Below, one piece after another: positions 10,292 to 20,641 of a DNA stretch of 64,000 bases. The stretch lies in contig SLCF01000002.1 of the NCBI GenBank assembly GCA_007125955.1, positions 18,627 through 82,626 of the forward strand. The letters are read 5' to 3'. The stretch's first letter is position 1, and each line of letters begins with the position of its first letter. The stretch comes from Bacteroidales bacterium. GTDB taxonomy: Bacteria > Bacteroidota > Bacteroidia > Bacteroidales > PUMT01. The notes below the pieces were generated by a model, which saw only the letters and a list, made by a program, of their open reading frames with translations, was not told the origin of the DNA and searched no databases. The translations under genes were made by a program, and so were the position numbers.

Positions 10292-12193
10292 TCAATAGGA
10301 ACGGGCATCCCTCGATTCAATGAAATTTATGAAAGAGGTGTTTACAACTTTGTTTCCGCCCGGTGTGGGATAATTCCCTGTAAAATACCAGTCTCCCGGA
10401 TCGTTAGGGCAAGCCAGTCTGAGATTTTCAACTGACTGGAAGATAATGTCCACTTCAATGTTCATATCAGAAGGTTTAAGCAACCGGGAGATCTTTTCCG
10501 ATATCTGCTCATTGGTGAACGGTCTGTAAAGCTCCTTTACATAGTTAACAATCTGGTCTTTTGGAAGGTTTTGCTGTTCCTTGGATTTGATGTATACCTC
10601 ATTTATAACGTTACCCCTGCCGGTCTCTTTAAGCAGAGCTATTGCAGCCCTGAAAGCTACAAAATCACTCAGCTTTGTCATATCAATGCCATAGCAGTCA
10701 GGATACCTTATCTGGGGAGATGAAGAAACGACAATGATACGCCTGGGCTCAAGCCGTCCAAGTATTCTCAGTATGCTTTGCTTAAGCGTGGTGCCCCTCA
10801 CAATGGAATCGTCTATTATTACAAGATTGTCAACTCCCGGCTCAATAGTTCCGTAAGTTATATCATATACGTGACCCACCAGATCGTTCCGCCCCTTTTC
10901 CCTTGTAATGAATGTACGCAATTTAACGTCTTTTACAGCTATACTTTCAATCCTCGGGCGACGGCCTATTATCTCTCCTATCTCCTTCTCTGAAAGATTC
11001 TCTCCACCCTCAATTATCTCCTTTGTTTTCTGCTTTATCATGTGATCCTCCACACCTTTCACCATGCCAAGGAAAGCCGACTCAGCGGTATTGGGCACAT
11101 ATGAAAAAACGGTGTTCTTAAAATCATTGTCAATAGTCCTTATTATAGCGGGGGTCAGAAGTTCGCCAAGTTTTTTCCTTTCACGGTATATATTCTCATC
11201 GCTGCCCCTGGAAAAATATATCCTCTCAAATGAGCAGGAGCTCCGTTTTTCAGGTGTTCTGACCTCCTCTTCAGAAACCCCGCCTTCCCGCGTCACTATC
11301 AGGGCATGTCCGGGTTTCAGCTCCTTTATCTGTGCTGAAGACACATTCATAACTGTTTGTATAACAGGCCGCTCTGATGCCGAAACAACAAATTCTTCGT
11401 CAGCATAATAGTATGCCGGCCTTATTCCCCATGGATCGCGGTTTACAAAAACATCACCGTGACCAAGGATACCGGCTATCACATAGCCGCCGTCCCAATC
11501 CCGGCTGGAATCCCTTAGTATATTGACCAGATTAAGATTTTCTTCAATCAGTGCAGATATCTTATTTGTAGGAACCCCTTCTTTTTTGTATTTATGGTAA
11601 AGAAACTGGTTCTCTTCATCAAGGAAGTAGCCCATTTTTTCAAGAACGGTAACCGTGTCTGTATACTCCTTGGGATGCTGTCCCAGGTCAATAAGTTTTG
11701 AAAACAACTCATCAACATTGGTAAGGTTAAAGTTCCCCGACAAAACCAGGTTCCTTGATTTCCAGTTGTTCTCCCTCATTACGGGATGTACATAATCTAT
11801 ACTGTTCTCTCCGAAAGTTTCATATCTCAGGTGGCCCAGATAAATATTGCCTGCAAAAGGGAGATGTTCACCTGCATAAGAGGGGTCCTCCAAAAGAGAC
11901 GGGTTTTTTTGCCTTACTTTCTCATAGTTGGAATAGATATCCTGAAACACATCATTGATCGAAGTAGAGGAGTTGGAACGGCTCCTGAAGATATACTGTT
12001 TTCCCGGTTTTCTTCCGAGTTTGAGACTTACAACCCCTGCGCCGTCCTGTCCGCGGTTCCGTTGCTTTTCCATAAGTATGTAAAGCTTGTTCAGACCGTA
12101 CATCCATGAACCGTACTTGAGCTGATAATATTCAAGGGGTTTGAGCAGGCGGATCATTGCAATTCCGCATTCATGATTAATCACTTCAGACAT
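10292..12193 (-). CDS. purF: Amidophosphoribosyltransferase (long Bacteroidota type)
   Basis: HECG N-terminal nucleophile, NRGQD, GHLRY, SFERIYF, PRPP motif IIDDSIVRGTT, CYGID. Confidence 0.9.
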   Translation of the reverse strand: MSEVINHECGIAMIRLLKPLEYYQLKYGSWMYGLNKLYILMEKQRNRGQDGAGVVSLKLGRKPGKQYIFRSRSNSSTSINDVFQDIYSNYEKVRQKNPSLLEDPSYAGEHLPFAGNIYLGHLRYETFGENSIDYVHPVMRENNWKSRNLVLSGNFNLTNVDELFSKLIDLGQHPKEYTDTVTVLEKMGYFLDEENQFLYHKYKKEGVPTNKISALIEENLNLVNILRDSSRDWDGGYVIAGILGHGDVFVNRDPWGIRPAYYYADEEFVVSASERPVIQTVMNVSSAQIKELKPGHALIVTREGGVSEEEVRTPEKRSSCSFERIYFSRGSDENIYRERKKLGELLTPAIIRTIDNDFKNTVFSYVPNTAESAFLGMVKGVEDHMIKQKTKEIIEGGENLSEKEIGEIIGRRPRIESIAVKDVKLRTFITREKGRNDLVGHVYDITYGTIEPGVDNLVIIDDSIVRGTTLKQSILRILGRLEPRRIIVVSSSPQIRYPDCYGIDMTKLSDFVAFRAAIALLKETGRGNVINEVYIKSKEQQNLPKDQIVNYVKELYRPFTNEQISEKISRLLKPSDMNIEVDIIFQSVENLRLACPNDPGDWYFTGNYPTPGGNKVVNTSFINFIESRDARSY

Positions 12194-12237
12194 TCAACAG
12201 TATATATGTTTTATAATTGTATAGCCAGGTTTCCCCT

Positions 12238-12672
12238 CTAATCCAGCGGCGGAAAATCTATTGTTGCACTTACAATAAAAGCATGGGGATAATTACTGCT
12301 TATTTTCTGCAAAGTTTTCAGTGCCTCGCTTCTGGTCCTGAAGTCACCAACGTATACCTTGAAATTGGGCGGATCATAATCCAGATGTGTCTTGATCTCA
12401 GGATACCTGTCATAAAACCGGGCACTCGTATCATTTGCATTGTTCCGGGCATTCTGTCCGGACTGTGAAAAAATCCGGATCCGGAAACCCGGGATCCCGT
12501 CACTCTCCTTATTAATTGCTGCATGCCTCTTAAGCAACTCTTCAAGGCGGGCATCCTGTATGACATTTATCTCCCCTCTTCTCTCCTGGGAATAAAGATC
12601 ACCTCCTTCCAAACCGGATATAAAACTAACAGTCAATGTTATCAATATGAATAAAATAATACGGCTTTCCAT
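12238..12672 (-). CDS. SPOR-domain peptidoglycan-binding protein
   Basis: Signal peptide; GFRIRIFS...YDPPNFKVYVGDFRTRSEA...AFIV. Confidence 0.8.
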   Translation of the reverse strand: MESRIILFILITLTVSFISGLEGGDLYSQERRGEINVIQDARLEELLKRHAAINKESDGIPGFRIRIFSQSGQNARNNANDTSARFYDRYPEIKTHLDYDPPNFKVYVGDFRTRSEALKTLQKISSNYPHAFIVSATIDFPPLD

Positions 12673-12847
12673 GATATTTGCTTTCCGGTATACTTAATTC
12701 TCAAACCTGTTATAACGAGGGCAAAATTATAAATTTTATCTCAATACTGCATTTAAACGGAAGCAAAACTTCTTTTCTATAACGTATAAAGAAACCGGAT
12801 TGGTTTATATGAACAAACCTGCAGTTATACAGATCACTAAACAGCAG

Positions 12848-13309
12848 TTAAAAATCAATCCTTATTGTTTCACTTACATAAAATGTGCGGCTGTATAAAA
12901 AGGCCCTCATTTTTAAACTGCCTTTTATTTCAATATCAGCACTTTTCTGAAAAAATATGCTCATAAGCGAGCTGCTGCCCCCTGTCAGACTTTCAAGGTA
13001 AAGGGTGCCGGTTAATGAGTAAACACCTGATGACCTGCCGGGTATTGCAATATTTCGGGGATTTGCAATATTTCCAAGATTTATCCCGTCGTAAAATATA
13101 TCAAGATCGGCTTCGGTAACCCTGACACGATAGCGGTTGGGGTTTTCAACCGGAACATCCATCTCAAACTCTATTCCGCTTCCTGTGAACCGGATCAGCT
13201 CAAAATTTTTAATATCGCCCACTTCAACCTCTTCAATTCTGGTACAGCCTGAACTCAGGAGAACAGACCCCGTCAGGCTTATTAAAAAAAACACGCGTAA
13301 TAGAGTCAT
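12848..13309 (-). CDS. LEA_2/WHy-domain lipoprotein
   Basis: Lipobox LSSGC, NPN motif (VENPNRY), beta-rich pattern. Confidence 0.7.
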   Translation of the reverse strand: MTLLRVFFLISLTGSVLLSSGCTRIEEVEVGDIKNFELIRFTGSGIEFEMDVPVENPNRYRVRVTEADLDIFYDGINLGNIANPRNIAIPGRSSGVYSLTGTLYLESLTGGSSSLMSIFFQKSADIEIKGSLKMRAFLYSRTFYVSETIRIDF

Positions 13310-13606
13310 CTTAATTTTTTTTTTCTGACCTGAAAATTACTAAAAAAATATTCATTCACCACTTTCCTGTAATGCTAATTGATTTGAAAAAAAAGAGGGA
13401 TTCTATTAATAATTTGGGGATTCCTCGTTATTTAAGTTTTTTGCAACCGTAAACAGCATAACGTTTTACTTTTTCATTCCGTATTAACAATGATCATTTT
13501 TTTTAATATGTTTGTGTCTGTTTAAAATGTGCATTTTTTTGAATGAGGATCTTCTCCTTAATATGAAATAATTTACTTTTAAGTTTTTAAATCAAAAAAC
13601 AGAGTA

Positions 13607-15139
13607 ATGGAAAGAAAAACTCTTTTTTCCCGCATTTTCGTAAAATCACTCGATTACATAGAATATATAGGCAACAAGCTGCCCCACCCTGCCACTATCT
13701 TTGCATTGCTGGCAGGGTCTGTCATTCTGATCTCTCTTGTTACACACCTGTTAGGAGTTTCAGCTATTCACCCTGTTGACGAAAGCCTCATAACAGTGAA
13801 CAATCTTTTGAGCAGCGACGGACTGCGCTGGATGTACACCAACATACTTGACAATTTCCTTCGCTTTCCTCCGCTTGGTTATGTTCTAGTAGTAATGGTC
13901 GGAATAGGACTGGCCGAGGGAACAGGACTTTTCTCCGTTCTGATCAGATCCCTTGTTTTGAGCGCACCTCCAAAACTTATTACCGCTGCGGTTGTTTTTG
14001 CAGGTGTTGTTTCGGGAGTAGCCGTGGAAGCGGGTTATGTTGTGCTGATACCTTTGGGAGCAATGATTTTTCATGCTCTGGGACGCCATCCCATGGCAGG
14101 GCTTGCAGCTGCATTTTGCGGTGTTAGCGCAGGTTTTGGGGCAAACATAGTGATAGGCTCTATTGACCCTATTCTTGCAGGTATTTCCACTTCCGCAGCA
14201 CAGCTCATAATTCCTGATATGGTTATCAATCCTGCCGTTAACTATTATTTCATGATAATCTCAAGTTTCGTTGTTGTTGTGGTAGGCACATATGTAACAG
14301 AAGGTATCGTGGAGCCAAGACTGGGAAAATACGATGGCAATACTGAAAAATTCAAAATAGAACAGCTGTCAGCTCCAGAGAAGAAGGGGCTCAGATGGGC
14401 AGGGGTATCGATGGTTATATTCCTGGTGATCCTTGCCTTAACGATCATTCCATCAAATGGCCTGCTGCGTGATCCGGAAACCGGATCTGTTCTTCACTCT
14501 CCCTTTTTCGACGGTATAATAATAGGCATTCTTCTCTTCTTCTTTATTCCCGCGCTGATATACGGAAGTATCGTTGGGACCGTCAGAAACGACAAGGATG
14601 TAATGAAACACATAATCAAATCCATGAGCGGTATGGGCAGCTATATTGTGCTTGTATTCTTTGCAGCGCAGTTCGTATACTTTTTCAGCTATTCAAATCT
14701 CGGATTGATCATTGCAATAAAAGGGGCTGCCGGATTAACCGAGATTGGACTTACAGGCCCATTGCTGATAGCTGCATTTGTTGTGCTTTCTGCTTTTATT
14801 AACCTTTTCATGGGAAGTGCCTCGGCAAAATGGGCTATTATTGCCCCGGTATTTATACCAATGCTGATGCTGCTGGAGAACCCTTACCACCCTGGCGTAA
14901 CCCAGGCAGCATTCAGGATAGGCGATTCACTCACGAACCTGATAACGCCAATGATGAGCTACTTTGCCCTTATCGTAACCTTCGCCCAGAAATATGATGA
15001 AAGGTACGGAATAGGGACAATAATATCTACCATGCTGCCTTATACCGTAATACTTGGAATTATATGGATTGGTGTAATGATGATATGGATGTGGCTGGGG
15101 ATACCGCTAGGGCCTGACGGACCGTTATTTATTAATTAG
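13607..15139 (+). CDS. AbgT-family transporter (copy 1)
   Basis: [43 protein letters not shown]; polytopic. Confidence 0.92.
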   Translation: MERKTLFSRIFVKSLDYIEYIGNKLPHPATIFALLAGSVILISLVTHLLGVSAIHPVDESLITVNNLLSSDGLRWMYTNILDNFLRFPPLGYVLVVMVGIGLAEGTGLFSVLIRSLVLSAPPKLITAAVVFAGVVSGVAVEAGYVVLIPLGAMIFHALGRHPMAGLAAAFCGVSAGFGANIVIGSIDPILAGISTSAAQLIIPDMVINPAVNYYFMIISSFVVVVVGTYVTEGIVEPRLGKYDGNTEKFKIEQLSAPEKKGLRWAGVSMVIFLVILALTIIPSNGLLRDPETGSVLHSPFFDGIIIGILLFFFIPALIYGSIVGTVRNDKDVMKHIIKSMSGMGSYIVLVFFAAQFVYFFSYSNLGLIIAIKGAAGLTEIGLTGPLLIAAFVVLSAFINLFMGSASAKWAIIAPVFIPMLMLLENPYHPGVTQAAFRIGDSLTNLITPMMSYFALIVTFAQKYDERYGIGTIISTMLPYTVILGIIWIGVMMIWMWLGIPLGPDGPLFIN

Positions 15140-15882
15140 CCTTCCATTGCCCGGATCACCTCATCAGTGACATCCAGGTTGTGGTAAACATTTTGAACGT
15201 CATCGTCGTATTCAAGCTCTTCAATTATCCTGAGGACTTTAACTGCATCTTCAGTATCAAGCTGTTTATACTCCATTGGTATTCTCTGAAGCTCAGCATT
15301 TTCCGGTTCTGTTTCCATCGCCTCAAGCTGTTTTCTCACTTTCCCGAATGTTTCAAGTGAAGTGGTAATTATAAGATATTCACCTTCATAATCAAGGTCT
15401 TCAGCTCCCGCATCAATTATTTCCAGCTCGAACATCTCCTTGTCACTTATCCGCTCTTTTGGTACAGTTATTATACCTTTTCTTTCAAAAAGGAATCCTA
15501 CCGAACCGTTTGTAGCCAGATTCCCTCCCCTCTTGTTGAAAATTGCCCTTATGTTTCCAACAGTACGCTGATTATTGTCAGTTAGTGATTCAATAAAAAC
15601 AGCTATTCCGTTAGGGGCATAACCTTCATAAGTCACTTCCTGCAGGTCGGACGGATCCCTGTTCGCCTTGTTTACAGCTCTCTCTATATTATCCTTGGGC
15701 ATATTGGCCCCTTTTGCATTGGCTATGGCCAGACGTAGCCTGGGATTGGATTCAGGATCTGCCCCCCCTTCCCTTACTGCAATATCTATCTCTTTAACAA
15801 GACTTGAAAATATCTTGGAGCGCTTGGCATCCTGTGCCCCTTTTTTCCTTTTTATAGTTGACCACTTACTGTGTCCTGACAT
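15136..15882 (-). CDS. YebC/PmpR family protein
   Basis: MSGHSKWSTIKRKKG, YEGYAP, TDNNQRT, DDDVQNVYHN. Confidence 0.95.
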   Translation of the reverse strand: MSGHSKWSTIKRKKGAQDAKRSKIFSSLVKEIDIAVREGGADPESNPRLRLAIANAKGANMPKDNIERAVNKANRDPSDLQEVTYEGYAPNGIAVFIESLTDNNQRTVGNIRAIFNKRGGNLATNGSVGFLFERKGIITVPKERISDKEMFELEIIDAGAEDLDYEGEYLIITTSLETFGKVRKQLEAMETEPENAELQRIPMEYKQLDTEDAVKVLRIIEELEYDDDVQNVYHNLDVTDEVIRAMEG

Positions 15883-15926
15883 AGCTGATCATATTTGTTT
15901 AACCGCTTTCAACCTTGCTTACCATG

Positions 15927-15934
15927 CAAAGATA
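15927..15934 (-). promoter_or_regulatory. Bacteroidota -7 promoter element (TATCTTTG) for the yebC-like gene
   Basis: Plus strand CAAAGATA matches TAnnTTTG on the minus strand, 45 nt upstream of the ATG. Confidence 0.6.
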
Positions 15935-16060
15935 AATTATATTTTCCATCTGATGAACAACCTCCGGTGAGATCTGTTTGCTGCATAATAGAAAACTGTT
16001 GATTGCAGGATAGAGAGCTATTTAATGCCCCGGGCAGTTAATGAATGCATGAAAAATGGC

Positions 16061-16068
16061 TATCTTTG
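16061..16068 (+). promoter_or_regulatory. Bacteroidota -7 promoter element (TATCTTTG) for miaB
   Basis: Exact TAnnTTTG match just upstream of miaB. Confidence 0.6.
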
Positions 16069-16085
16069 CATAAATTTTCAGATCT

Positions 16086-17480
16086 ATGTCCCGGAATTTG
16101 GAATTTGATGAGAATATGTGCGGAGCTGCAGAAACAGGTCAGAAGCAACTGAAACTGTTTGTCGAAACATTCGGCTGCCAGATGAATGGCAACGACAGTG
16201 AAGTGGTTGTATCTGTGATGCGAGACAACGGGTTTGTACTGACAGCTGATCCGGAAAATGCCGATGTGATTCTCATGAACACCTGTGCAATAAGGGAAAA
16301 TGCAGAAAAAAAGGCGCTTAACAGACTCATGCATTTTATTCAGGAAAAGAGAAAGCGGCCGGGTTTGAAAGTCGGTGTCATCGGTTGTATGGCAGCAGGC
16401 CTGAAAGAGAAACTGAAGAAAAACGGAAGCCAGGTTGATATAATTGCGGGGCCCGATTCCTACCGTCAGCTCCCTTCACTTATTCAGGAAGCGGACGGCG
16501 GGCAGCAGGCTGTAAACATATTGCTGAGCCGCGAAGAAACCTACGCAGACATTAGTCCGGTAAGAATGGACAAGAACGGTGTTTCTTCATTCGTTTCCAT
16601 TATGAGGGGGTGCAACAATTTCTGTTCCTATTGTGTAGTGCCACGTACCAGGGGAAGGGAAAGGAGCCGTAACCCGCATTCCGTTTTCCGTGAAGTGGAA
16701 AAACTCGCTGAACAAGGATACAGGGAGGTAACCCTTCTCGGACAAAATGTCAACTCTTACAGATGGAAAGAGGAAAGTACCGGAAAAGAAATTGATTTTG
16801 CGGGACTGATCAGCCGGGTTGCCAGTGTGTCAATGGATATGAGAGTCCGTTTCTCCACCTCCCACCCAAAGGATATAAGCGACAGGCTTCTTTATACAAT
16901 TGCTGAACACAACAACATATGCAGGCACATTCACCTGCCTGTCCAGTCTGGCAGCACACGAATCCTGAATTTGATGAACAGGGGCTACAGCCGTAAGAGT
17001 TACCTCGAAAGAGTAAATGCCGCGAAAAAAATTATACCGGGATGTTCAGTTTCAACTGATATTATTGCAGGCTTCTGCTCCGAAACGGAAGAAGACCATC
17101 ATGAAACCATGACTCTTATGGAAGAGGCAGGTTTTGATTTTGCTTTCATGTTTAAGTACTCAGAAAGACCCGGCACAGCTGCCGCCAAAAACCTTCCGGA
17201 TGATGTTGCCGGAGATGTCAAGACCCGCAGGCTGAACGAAATTATTGAACTGCAAAACAGGCTCTCTTCCGAAAGCAATAAAAAAGAGGAGGGAAAGACA
17301 TACACAGTCCTTGCAGAAGGAAAATCGAAAAAATCCCCGCTTGAACTGTTCGGAAGAACATCACATAACAAGGTTGCAGTCTTCCCGGAAGGCAACATTA
17401 AACCGGGTGATTACGCCGATATCGTAATCACCGGATATACCTCAGCAACACTTATAGGCCGCATCAGAAATAGAAGCTGA
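16086..17480 (+). CDS. miaB: tRNA-i6A37 methylthiotransferase
   Basis: TFGCQMN, NTCAIRE, GCMA, radical SAM CNNFCSYC, C-terminal TRAM domain; start may be slightly later. Confidence 0.95.
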   Translation: MSRNLEFDENMCGAAETGQKQLKLFVETFGCQMNGNDSEVVVSVMRDNGFVLTADPENADVILMNTCAIRENAEKKALNRLMHFIQEKRKRPGLKVGVIGCMAAGLKEKLKKNGSQVDIIAGPDSYRQLPSLIQEADGGQQAVNILLSREETYADISPVRMDKNGVSSFVSIMRGCNNFCSYCVVPRTRGRERSRNPHSVFREVEKLAEQGYREVTLLGQNVNSYRWKEESTGKEIDFAGLISRVASVSMDMRVRFSTSHPKDISDRLLYTIAEHNNICRHIHLPVQSGSTRILNLMNRGYSRKSYLERVNAAKKIIPGCSVSTDIIAGFCSETEEDHHETMTLMEEAGFDFAFMFKYSERPGTAAAKNLPDDVAGDVKTRRLNEIIELQNRLSSESNKKEEGKTYTVLAEGKSKKSPLELFGRTSHNKVAVFPEGNIKPGDYADIVITGYTSATLIGRIRNRS

Positions 17481-18159
17481 AACTCGCCCATGCCGGGAGG
17501 CCGACCGGGAAAGTTTTTGCAATATCCTTCGAGTTAATGAAGGAGATGTCAAAAGAGGTGTTTTCCCCGATAAACCTCACACCATAAGTAAACAGAGCAT
17601 AATTGCTATCCCCTGTTGGGAAAATCCAGTTTTCACTGACAAGGCCAATCCTGCGGGAAAGTCGTGTCATACCGCTAAGAGTAATAACCGGCTCATTTGA
17701 AAATTCATCCTGTAGAAAAGCCCATCCTGCACCTATTGAAATATTGCTTTTATCGAAATGATATGTTCCCACACCATAAGCTATACCTCCATGCGCCTCG
17801 CTGGCAATGACTGAAGCATTCAGGTAATGAACCCCGGCTCCGAGCGAAAAATTTTCAGACAGCTCTAAACCGATTTTCGGAAGAACCAGCAAAATAGGAT
17901 TGCCGCTGAACGTGGAAATCGCCTCGAATCCCACGCCAAGAGAAAACCAGTCAGTTAACCCGTAATGTGCGGAATTGAAAAATATGAGCACATTCTGGTA
18001 ATAACCGCTCCCTTTCTCAATATTCCTGCCTGTCTGGCTTATCAAATATCTTTCTGTGGAAGGATCCTCATACCAGTCATTTTGAGCTGAAACCTGCTGT
18101 GCCGAAATACCGGCATTAATGAAGCATAAAGCTGCGATCAATATTATATACCTGCTCAT
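17464..18159 (-). CDS. Hypothetical secreted protein, likely outer-membrane beta-barrel
   Basis: Signal peptide from ATG 18159, alternating hydrophobic strands, C-terminal FSFYF. Confidence 0.6.
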   Translation of the reverse strand: MSRYIILIAALCFINAGISAQQVSAQNDWYEDPSTERYLISQTGRNIEKGSGYYQNVLIFFNSAHYGLTDWFSLGVGFEAISTFSGNPILLVLPKIGLELSENFSLGAGVHYLNASVIASEAHGGIAYGVGTYHFDKSNISIGAGWAFLQDEFSNEPVITLSGMTRLSRRIGLVSENWIFPTGDSNYALFTYGVRFIGENTSFDISFINSKDIAKTFPVGLPAWASFSFYF

Positions 18160-18279
18160 ATTATTAAATATTAGTTTATAAACAGGCAATTTAAGGAAGA
18201 ATTAAACAAAATGCAATTAAATTATACCTGGCATGTGAAGAGAGCAGCTTTTTAGTGCTCAGATCATTTGCCAAACCGG

Positions 18280-20028
18280 TTATTCATCCAGGTTTAATCC
18301 CAGCTCTTTCAGCTGATTCCCTGAAACGGGTGAAGGGGTGTTTATCATCACATCACGGCCTGCATTGTTTTTCGGGAAAGCAATATAATCGCGAATTGAT
18401 TCTGATCCGCCGAAAAGAGCCACCCAGCGGTCAAATCCAAAGGCAACCCCGCCATGGGGAGGTGCTCCGTAACGAAATGCATCCATGAAGAACCCGAACT
18501 GATCATGCGCATCCTTTTCCGAAAAACCAAGCACTTCAAACATTTTTTTCTGCATCGCCGAATTATGTATTCGTACAGACCCCCCTCCTATCTCAACACC
18601 GTTTATTACCAGATCATATGCATTGGCGCGTACCGCGCCGGGATCCTTATCCAGAAGCGGCAAATCCTCAGCCTTTGGAGAAGTAAACGGATGGTGCATC
18701 GCATAAAATCTTTCCGTTTCATCATCCCATTCCAGAAGAGGAAAGTCGACCACCCAAAGGGGGGCAAATTCCCCTTCCTTTCGCATGCCCAGATCCTCTC
18801 CAACCTTGAGTCTCAACTCACATAAAGCTTTGAGAGTTTGGCCTTTTTCACCCGAAAGAATAAGCAGCAGGTCGCCTTCCCGGGCATCAAATTGGCGCAT
18901 CCAGCCGCTTATCTGCTCCCCTGAAAAGAACTTGTCGACAGACGACTTAAAAGTGCCGTCCTCATTGAATCTTGCATATATCATTCCTTTTGCTCCCAGC
19001 TGGGGCTTCCTTACAAAAGAGGTGAGCAGATCGATCTGCTTTCTTGTAAAAGAAGCTCCTCCCCTCACGCAAATGCCGCCTGTATAGGATGCATCATCGA
19101 AAATTGCAAATCCTCCACCCTTTACACTTCCTGTTATCTCCTTTATCCTCATCCCGAAACGGATATCAGGCTTGTCAGTTCCGTAGCTTTCCACAGCCTC
19201 CCTGTAAGATATGCGGGGAAAAGGACCGTTGAAGTCTGTTCCCTTAACCTTGATGAAAAGGTGCTTTGCAAGTCCTTCAAATGTCTTTAGCACATCATCC
19301 TGTTCAACAAACGACATTTCACAATCCACCTGGGTGAACTCCGGCTGCCGGTCTGCCCTCAGGTCTTCATCCCGGAAGCATTTGACTATCTGGTAATACC
19401 TGTCATACCCTGAAACCATAAGGAGTTGCTTGAACATCTGGGGCGACTGGGGAAGAGCATAAAACTCTCCCGGGCTCATCCTTGACGGTACAACAAAATC
19501 ACGCGCCCCTTCCGGAGTGGATTTGATCAGAACAGGCGTTTCAACTTCAATAAAATCAATGGTATTAAGGTATGACCTTACCTCGGATGCCATTTTGTGT
19601 CGCAACAGCAAATTCTTCTTTAACGGCTCTCTTCGCAGGTCAATATAACGGTATTTCATTCTCAGCTCTTCACCCCCGTCAGTATCATCCTCTATGGTAA
19701 AAGGTGGCAGTTCCGAGGGGTTCAGTACGGAAAGGGCAGATACTTCCATTTCAATTTCTCCGGTCGGGATATTTGGATTTTTGTTGCTCCGCTCACGAAC
19801 CTTGCCGGTTGCCGAAATTACATACTCCCTTCCCAGCTCTCTTGCTTCGTTGCAAAGGCCGGGGTCTCCCTCCATATCGAAAACCAGCTGCGTAATGCCG
19901 TACCTGTCACGCAAATCAATAAAAGTCATCCCTCCCAGGTTTCGGGAACGCTGAACCCAGCCGCAAAGAGTCACCTCCTTGCCGGCATTATTTTTATTAA
20001 GTTCTCCACAAGTATGTGTTCTGTACAT
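18280..20028 (-). CDS. aspS: Aspartate--tRNA ligase
   Basis: MYRTHTCG start, [40 protein letters not shown]. Confidence 0.97.
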   Translation of the reverse strand: MYRTHTCGELNKNNAGKEVTLCGWVQRSRNLGGMTFIDLRDRYGITQLVFDMEGDPGLCNEARELGREYVISATGKVRERSNKNPNIPTGEIEMEVSALSVLNPSELPPFTIEDDTDGGEELRMKYRYIDLRREPLKKNLLLRHKMASEVRSYLNTIDFIEVETPVLIKSTPEGARDFVVPSRMSPGEFYALPQSPQMFKQLLMVSGYDRYYQIVKCFRDEDLRADRQPEFTQVDCEMSFVEQDDVLKTFEGLAKHLFIKVKGTDFNGPFPRISYREAVESYGTDKPDIRFGMRIKEITGSVKGGGFAIFDDASYTGGICVRGGASFTRKQIDLLTSFVRKPQLGAKGMIYARFNEDGTFKSSVDKFFSGEQISGWMRQFDAREGDLLLILSGEKGQTLKALCELRLKVGEDLGMRKEGEFAPLWVVDFPLLEWDDETERFYAMHHPFTSPKAEDLPLLDKDPGAVRANAYDLVINGVEIGGGSVRIHNSAMQKKMFEVLGFSEKDAHDQFGFFMDAFRYGAPPHGGVAFGFDRWVALFGGSESIRDYIAFPKNNAGRDVMINTPSPVSGNQLKELGLNLDE

Positions 20029-20134
20029 TTTCTTAAAATTTGTTATCTTGCGAAAATAAGAAGAATTTTGCACTTACTTCAAGTCCCCCTGATAAAAATG
20101 TGAAGGCATATTCCACATAACAAGGCAGAAATAA

Positions 20135-20584
20135 ATGGTTTTACACTCTTTGGGTGATGAATATTTCATGAAGGAAGCTTTGAAAGAAGCACGTAAAGCA
20201 TTTGAAAAGGATGAAGTTCCTGTCGGTGCGGTTATTGTCTGCAACGAAACCATAATTGCGCGAGCGCACAACCTTACGGAAACATTGAATGACGCAACCG
20301 CTCATGCCGAAATGCAGGCCCTTACAGCCGCATCAAACTACCTCGGGGCAAAATACCTGAAAGACTGTACACTGTATGTTACAGTCGAGCCCTGTAATAT
20401 GTGTGCGGGGGCTTCTTACTGGACTCAGATAAGCAGAATTGTATACGGGGCAAGAGATGAGAAAAGGGGTTTTGCAAAAACCGGAAACTCCTTATTGCAT
20501 CCTAAAACCTCTGTTTCCAAAGGGTTTCTTGAACCGGAATGTTCCGGACTGATGGAGGAGTTTTTCAGAAGTAAAAGAAAATGA
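20135..20584 (+). CDS. tadA: tRNA adenosine(34) deaminase / nucleoside deaminase
   Basis: EVPVGAV, TAHAE, EPCNMC zinc motif, FF..KR tail. Confidence 0.85.
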   Translation: MVLHSLGDEYFMKEALKEARKAFEKDEVPVGAVIVCNETIIARAHNLTETLNDATAHAEMQALTAASNYLGAKYLKDCTLYVTVEPCNMCAGASYWTQISRIVYGARDEKRGFAKTGNSLLHPKTSVSKGFLEPECSGLMEEFFRSKRK

Positions 20585-20641
20585 GATAATGCAAACTGAC
20601 ATACACATCTTTTAAAATAACCCAAACCAAACATTTAAAAA

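Noticed and set aside
10292-12193. PurF longer than usual and lacking the C-terminal Fe-S cysteine pair
   Set aside because: This matches the ordinary long Bacteroidota PurF form as I know it.
13315-13324. T10 homopolymer as a phase-variation tract
   Set aside because: It is intergenic and on the minus strand is an A-rich stretch just before an ATG, typical of Bacteroidota translation starts.
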